Shown here: positions 62,076-64,000 of the stretch, in pieces
Layout: each line of letters begins with the position of its first letter
Position numbering within the stretch: position 1 is the stretch's first letter
Assembly (NCBI GenBank): GCA_052390575.1
Contig: JBQTGU010000015.1
Location: forward strand, 60,634 to 124,633
Length of the DNA: 64,000 nt
Reading direction: 5' to 3'
Source: Actinomycetota bacterium
GTDB lineage: Bacteria; Actinomycetota; Acidimicrobiia; IMCC26256; JACDBD01
Made by a program: the position numbers and the translations under genes
Notes under the pieces: generated by a model
Seen by the model: only the letters and a program-made list of their open reading frames with translations
Database searches by the model: none
Told to the model about the DNA's origin: nothing

Positions 62076-62947
62076 GGCGCGCGTGGCGCGCCGGCGCCCT
62101 CGTCGTCGTCCTCCTCGCGGCCTGTGCCCCGGCCAAGAAGGGTCCGCCCCCGCTCTGCTCGCGGTTCGTCGGCGCGACCGGACAGGTCCAGTCGAACGAC
62201 CTGACCGAGATCTCCGGCATCGAGGCCAGCGCGATCAGCCCGGGCGTGCTGTGGGCGCACAACGACTCCGGCGACAGCCCCCGCGTCTTCGCGATGACGG
62301 CGTCGGGTCAGCACCTGGGATGGTTCGGGCTGACCGGCGCATCGAACGTGGACTGGGAGGCGCTCTCGCTCGGTCCCGGTCCGGTGGCGGGCCAGAGCTA
62401 CCTCTACGTCGGCGACATCGGTGACAACAACCACGTCCGGCCGTCGATCGTCGTCTACCGGGTCGCCGAGCCCGCCGTCGACGTCAACAACCCGCCTGGC
62501 GACGGGCAGACACTGGTCGGCGTCGAGACCTTCGTGCTCACGTACCCCGACGGCCCCCACGACGCCGAAGCCCTCCTGGTCGATCCCGTCAGCGGCGACC
62601 TCGTCATCGTCACCAAGGAGCTCTCGGGCCCGGCCGGCGAGTACGTGCTTCCCGCACCCATCGCCAATGGGATGCTCACCAAGGCGGCCGACCTCGGGGT
62701 GAGCCTCGTCACCGCCGGCGACGCCGCCCCCGACGGCGGGACCGTGGTGCTCCGGACCTACGGCTCGGTGCTCCTGTTCACGCGTCCGCCCGGCAGCTCA
62801 GTGGCCTCCGGGTTCCAGTCGGCGCCGTGCACCGGCGCGTCGGCGTCCGAGCCGCAGGGAGAGGCGATCACCTTCTCTCCCGACGGCCAGGCGTACGCCA
62901 CGATCAGCGAGGGCGCCCACCCGCCGATCAACCTGTTCAGCCGGTAA
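62072..62947 (+). CDS. Lipoprotein, beta-propeller-like, function unknown
   Basis: Track ORF of 291 aa with an ATGA overlap with tyrA. Lipobox LLAAC. Contains EISGIEAS...LWAHNDSGD, YVGDIGDN and AEALLVDP, features seen in SdiA-regulated/phytase-like propellers (weak). Confidence 0.65.
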   Translation: MRRAWRAGALVVVLLAACAPAKKGPPPLCSRFVGATGQVQSNDLTEISGIEASAISPGVLWAHNDSGDSPRVFAMTASGQHLGWFGLTGASNVDWEALSLGPGPVAGQSYLYVGDIGDNNHVRPSIVVYRVAEPAVDVNNPPGDGQTLVGVETFVLTYPDGPHDAEALLVDPVSGDLVIVTKELSGPAGEYVLPAPIANGMLTKAADLGVSLVTAGDAAPDGGTVVLRTYGSVLLFTRPPGSSVASGFQSAPCTGASASEPQGEAITFSPDGQAYATISEGAHPPINLFSR

Positions 62948-63001
62948 CGCCGGGTGTCGCGGTTGGTTTGACCGTTCCGGGGGCGGGTACGCCCTAGGCG
63001 A

Positions 63002-63265
63002 ATGGCCTCGGCCGCCACCTTCTCCCGCTGGCTGGACCACCAGCAGCCTCGCCACGACCCCGTCGGTTCCCTGGCCCGCTACATCCACGATGAGGTCAGG
63101 CTGCCCAGAGCGGTCGGGCCCGCCCGGCTTCAGGCCCTGCTGACGCGGTCCCACGCTCCGCCGCCGCTGCGAGCCACCCTCGACTGGGCCATGATCGAGT
63201 GGGCCGTCGAGGCCGGCCACGCCACCCTGGCGGAGGACGCCCAGGCCGAGTCCTGGCCCAACTAA
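63002..63265 (+). CDS. YozE-SAM-like small protein
   Basis: Track ORF of 87 aa. FSRWLDHQQPRHDPVGSLARYIHDEVRLPRAVGPARLQALL resembles the YozE family pattern (F..WL....D..G.LA..I..D..FP). Moderate confidence. Confidence 0.55.
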   Translation: MASAATFSRWLDHQQPRHDPVGSLARYIHDEVRLPRAVGPARLQALLTRSHAPPPLRATLDWAMIEWAVEAGHATLAEDAQAESWPN

Positions 63266-63269
63266 CCAA

Positions 63270-63583
63270 CTAGGTCAGCTCAGCCGCGTCGATCCGCCAC
63301 TGCCCGTCTTCCTTCACCAGGGTGTAGGTGCTCTCGACGCTGGAGAAGTCGTCGCCGACGACCGCGGTCGCCTTCGATCCGGTGATCTCGACGTCGGTGA
63401 TCTTCACGTCCTCGGCGTCGTACTGCTTCTCGATGAAGAGGTCCTCGAAGAGCTCGCAGTTCTCCGCCCGGGTGTTGTCGTCGCCGATGAGCCCCTGCTC
63501 CTTCAGCCACAGCCCAGGAGGGCGACGCCGAGCGCGACCGCCACGACCATCGAGCGTGAGAACACCACCGGCTTACGTCCCAT
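63270..63583 (-). pseudogene. Frameshifted small lipoprotein (NTF2/DUF4878-like mature domain)
   Basis: The ATG at 63583 gives MGRKPVVFSRSMVVAVALGVALLGCG and then a TGA at 63503-63505. The mature part, LKEQGLIGDDNTRAENCELFEDLFIEKQYDAEDVKITDVEITGSKATAVVGDDFSSVESTYTLVKEDGQWRIDAAELT (stop at 63270), is in the -1 frame with no start of its own. The junction is TGTGGCTGAAGG. Confidence 0.7.
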
Positions 63584-63629
63584 CGGGGCCGTCCCTACCC
63601 GCGAGGGTGTGGGCGCAACCGGAGTCGCG

Positions 63630-63890
63630 CTAGCCGAGGTGGAGCTGCCCGTAGGTGTTGCAGAGCCCGGCGGCGGTGATCATCAGGAGCGACGCGACGA
63701 CCAGGAGCACGACCCCTCGCCGCCAGCCGCGGACCGGTCGTGATGGCCCCATCGGCGCGGGCATGTACCACTCCGGCAGCAGGCGCGTCGCGGGCGAGCC
63801 GAGCAGGTTGGAGAGGCACACCGCGGCGTCGTCCACCACGGGATCGGGATCGGCGGCGAGGGCGAGGGCGGTCAGCTCGTCGTCGTCCAT
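63630..63890 (-). CDS. Small membrane protein, function unknown
   Basis: 3' 87 codons of track ORF 63630..63974, starting at the ATG at 63890. MDDDELTALALAADPDPVVDD...RGWRRGVVLLVVASLLMITAAGLC: an acidic N-terminus and one C-terminal TM helix. Confidence 0.55.
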   Translation of the reverse strand: MDDDELTALALAADPDPVVDDAAVCLSNLLGSPATRLLPEWYMPAPMGPSRPVRGWRRGVVLLVVASLLMITAAGLCNTYGQLHLG

Positions 63891-63910
63891 CGGTACGGGG
63901 GGCACGGGTC

Positions 63911-64000
63911 TCAGTCTGCCTCCTGTAACGCCCGCAGGATCAGCCACCACGAGGCCAGCCCGTGGTCGCACCACGCGTCGGGGGCGACGACGCAGTTGTC
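63911..64000 (-). CDS. 3' end of an unidentified gene running off the right edge
   Basis: Not in the track. The reverse-strand frame ending at the TGA (63911-63913) reads ...DNCVVAPDAWCDHGLASWWLILRALQEAD with very high GC3. Too short to assign a function. Confidence 0.4.
   Translation of the reverse strand, partial: DNCVVAPDAWCDHGLASWWLILRALQEAD

Noticed and set aside
63280-63510. 76-aa minus-strand track ORF (MAEGAGAHRRRQHPGG...).
   Set aside because: It is the wrong frame of the frameshifted lipoprotein locus and is Arg-rich. The other two frames carry the signal peptide and a well-composed mature domain.

Overview
This is a high-GC (roughly 70% by eye), densely packed chromosomal window. 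It is most likely actinobacterial: it has an Rpf-type transglycosylase domain, two mycothiol-type DinB/TIGR03086-like proteins, frequent GTG/TTG starts and many ATGA/GTGA stop-start overlaps. I call 66 protein-coding genes (2 cut by the window edges) and 1 frameshifted lipoprotein pseudogene. I also call 4 copies of a ~70-nt hairpin-containing intergenic repeat and a few hairpins or operator-like repeats. I saw no rRNA, tRNA, CRISPR array, transposase or integrase.

Recognisable content:
- glpD / FAD-linked oxidase / FGGY kinase operon.
- Liv-type branched-chain amino-acid ABC transporter.
- CFA synthase and an acyl-CoA ligase.
- ABC-2 exporter and an OafA-type acyltransferase.
- MFS and EamA transporters.
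- OmpR/HK two-component pair and a LuxR regulator.
- P450, a D-aminoacylase-family amidohydrolase and prephenate dehydrogenase.
- Many envelope hydrolases: SLT, Rpf, two M15B peptidases and a glucosaminidase-like lipoprotein.

Many long ORFs in the supplied track are antisense or out-of-frame artefacts of the high GC content. Several real genes are only the 3' parts of track ORFs.

Most worth a second look:
1. The MIRU/REP-like structured repeat family at 8090, 19950 (inverted) and 49481/49580 (tandem). Its stem shows compensatory changes and it sits directly 5' of start codons.
2. An orphan phosphohistidine swivel domain translationally coupled to two unknown proteins (5606-8021).
3. Two paralogous low-complexity type-I membrane proteins with a conserved C-terminal module, coupled to a polytopic GAF-GGDEF cyclase (26055-29372).
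4. A hydrolase / TerB-like SpoVK-type AAA+ / PBP-like / PBP-vWA lipoprotein operon (1-4680).
5. A P450 / helical protein / tandem YHYH lipoprotein operon (45728-49472).
6. A small-protein plus nucleotidyltransferase-like pair with an 80-nt overlap (54372-55068).

All domain calls come from motif recognition by eye. No database search was run.
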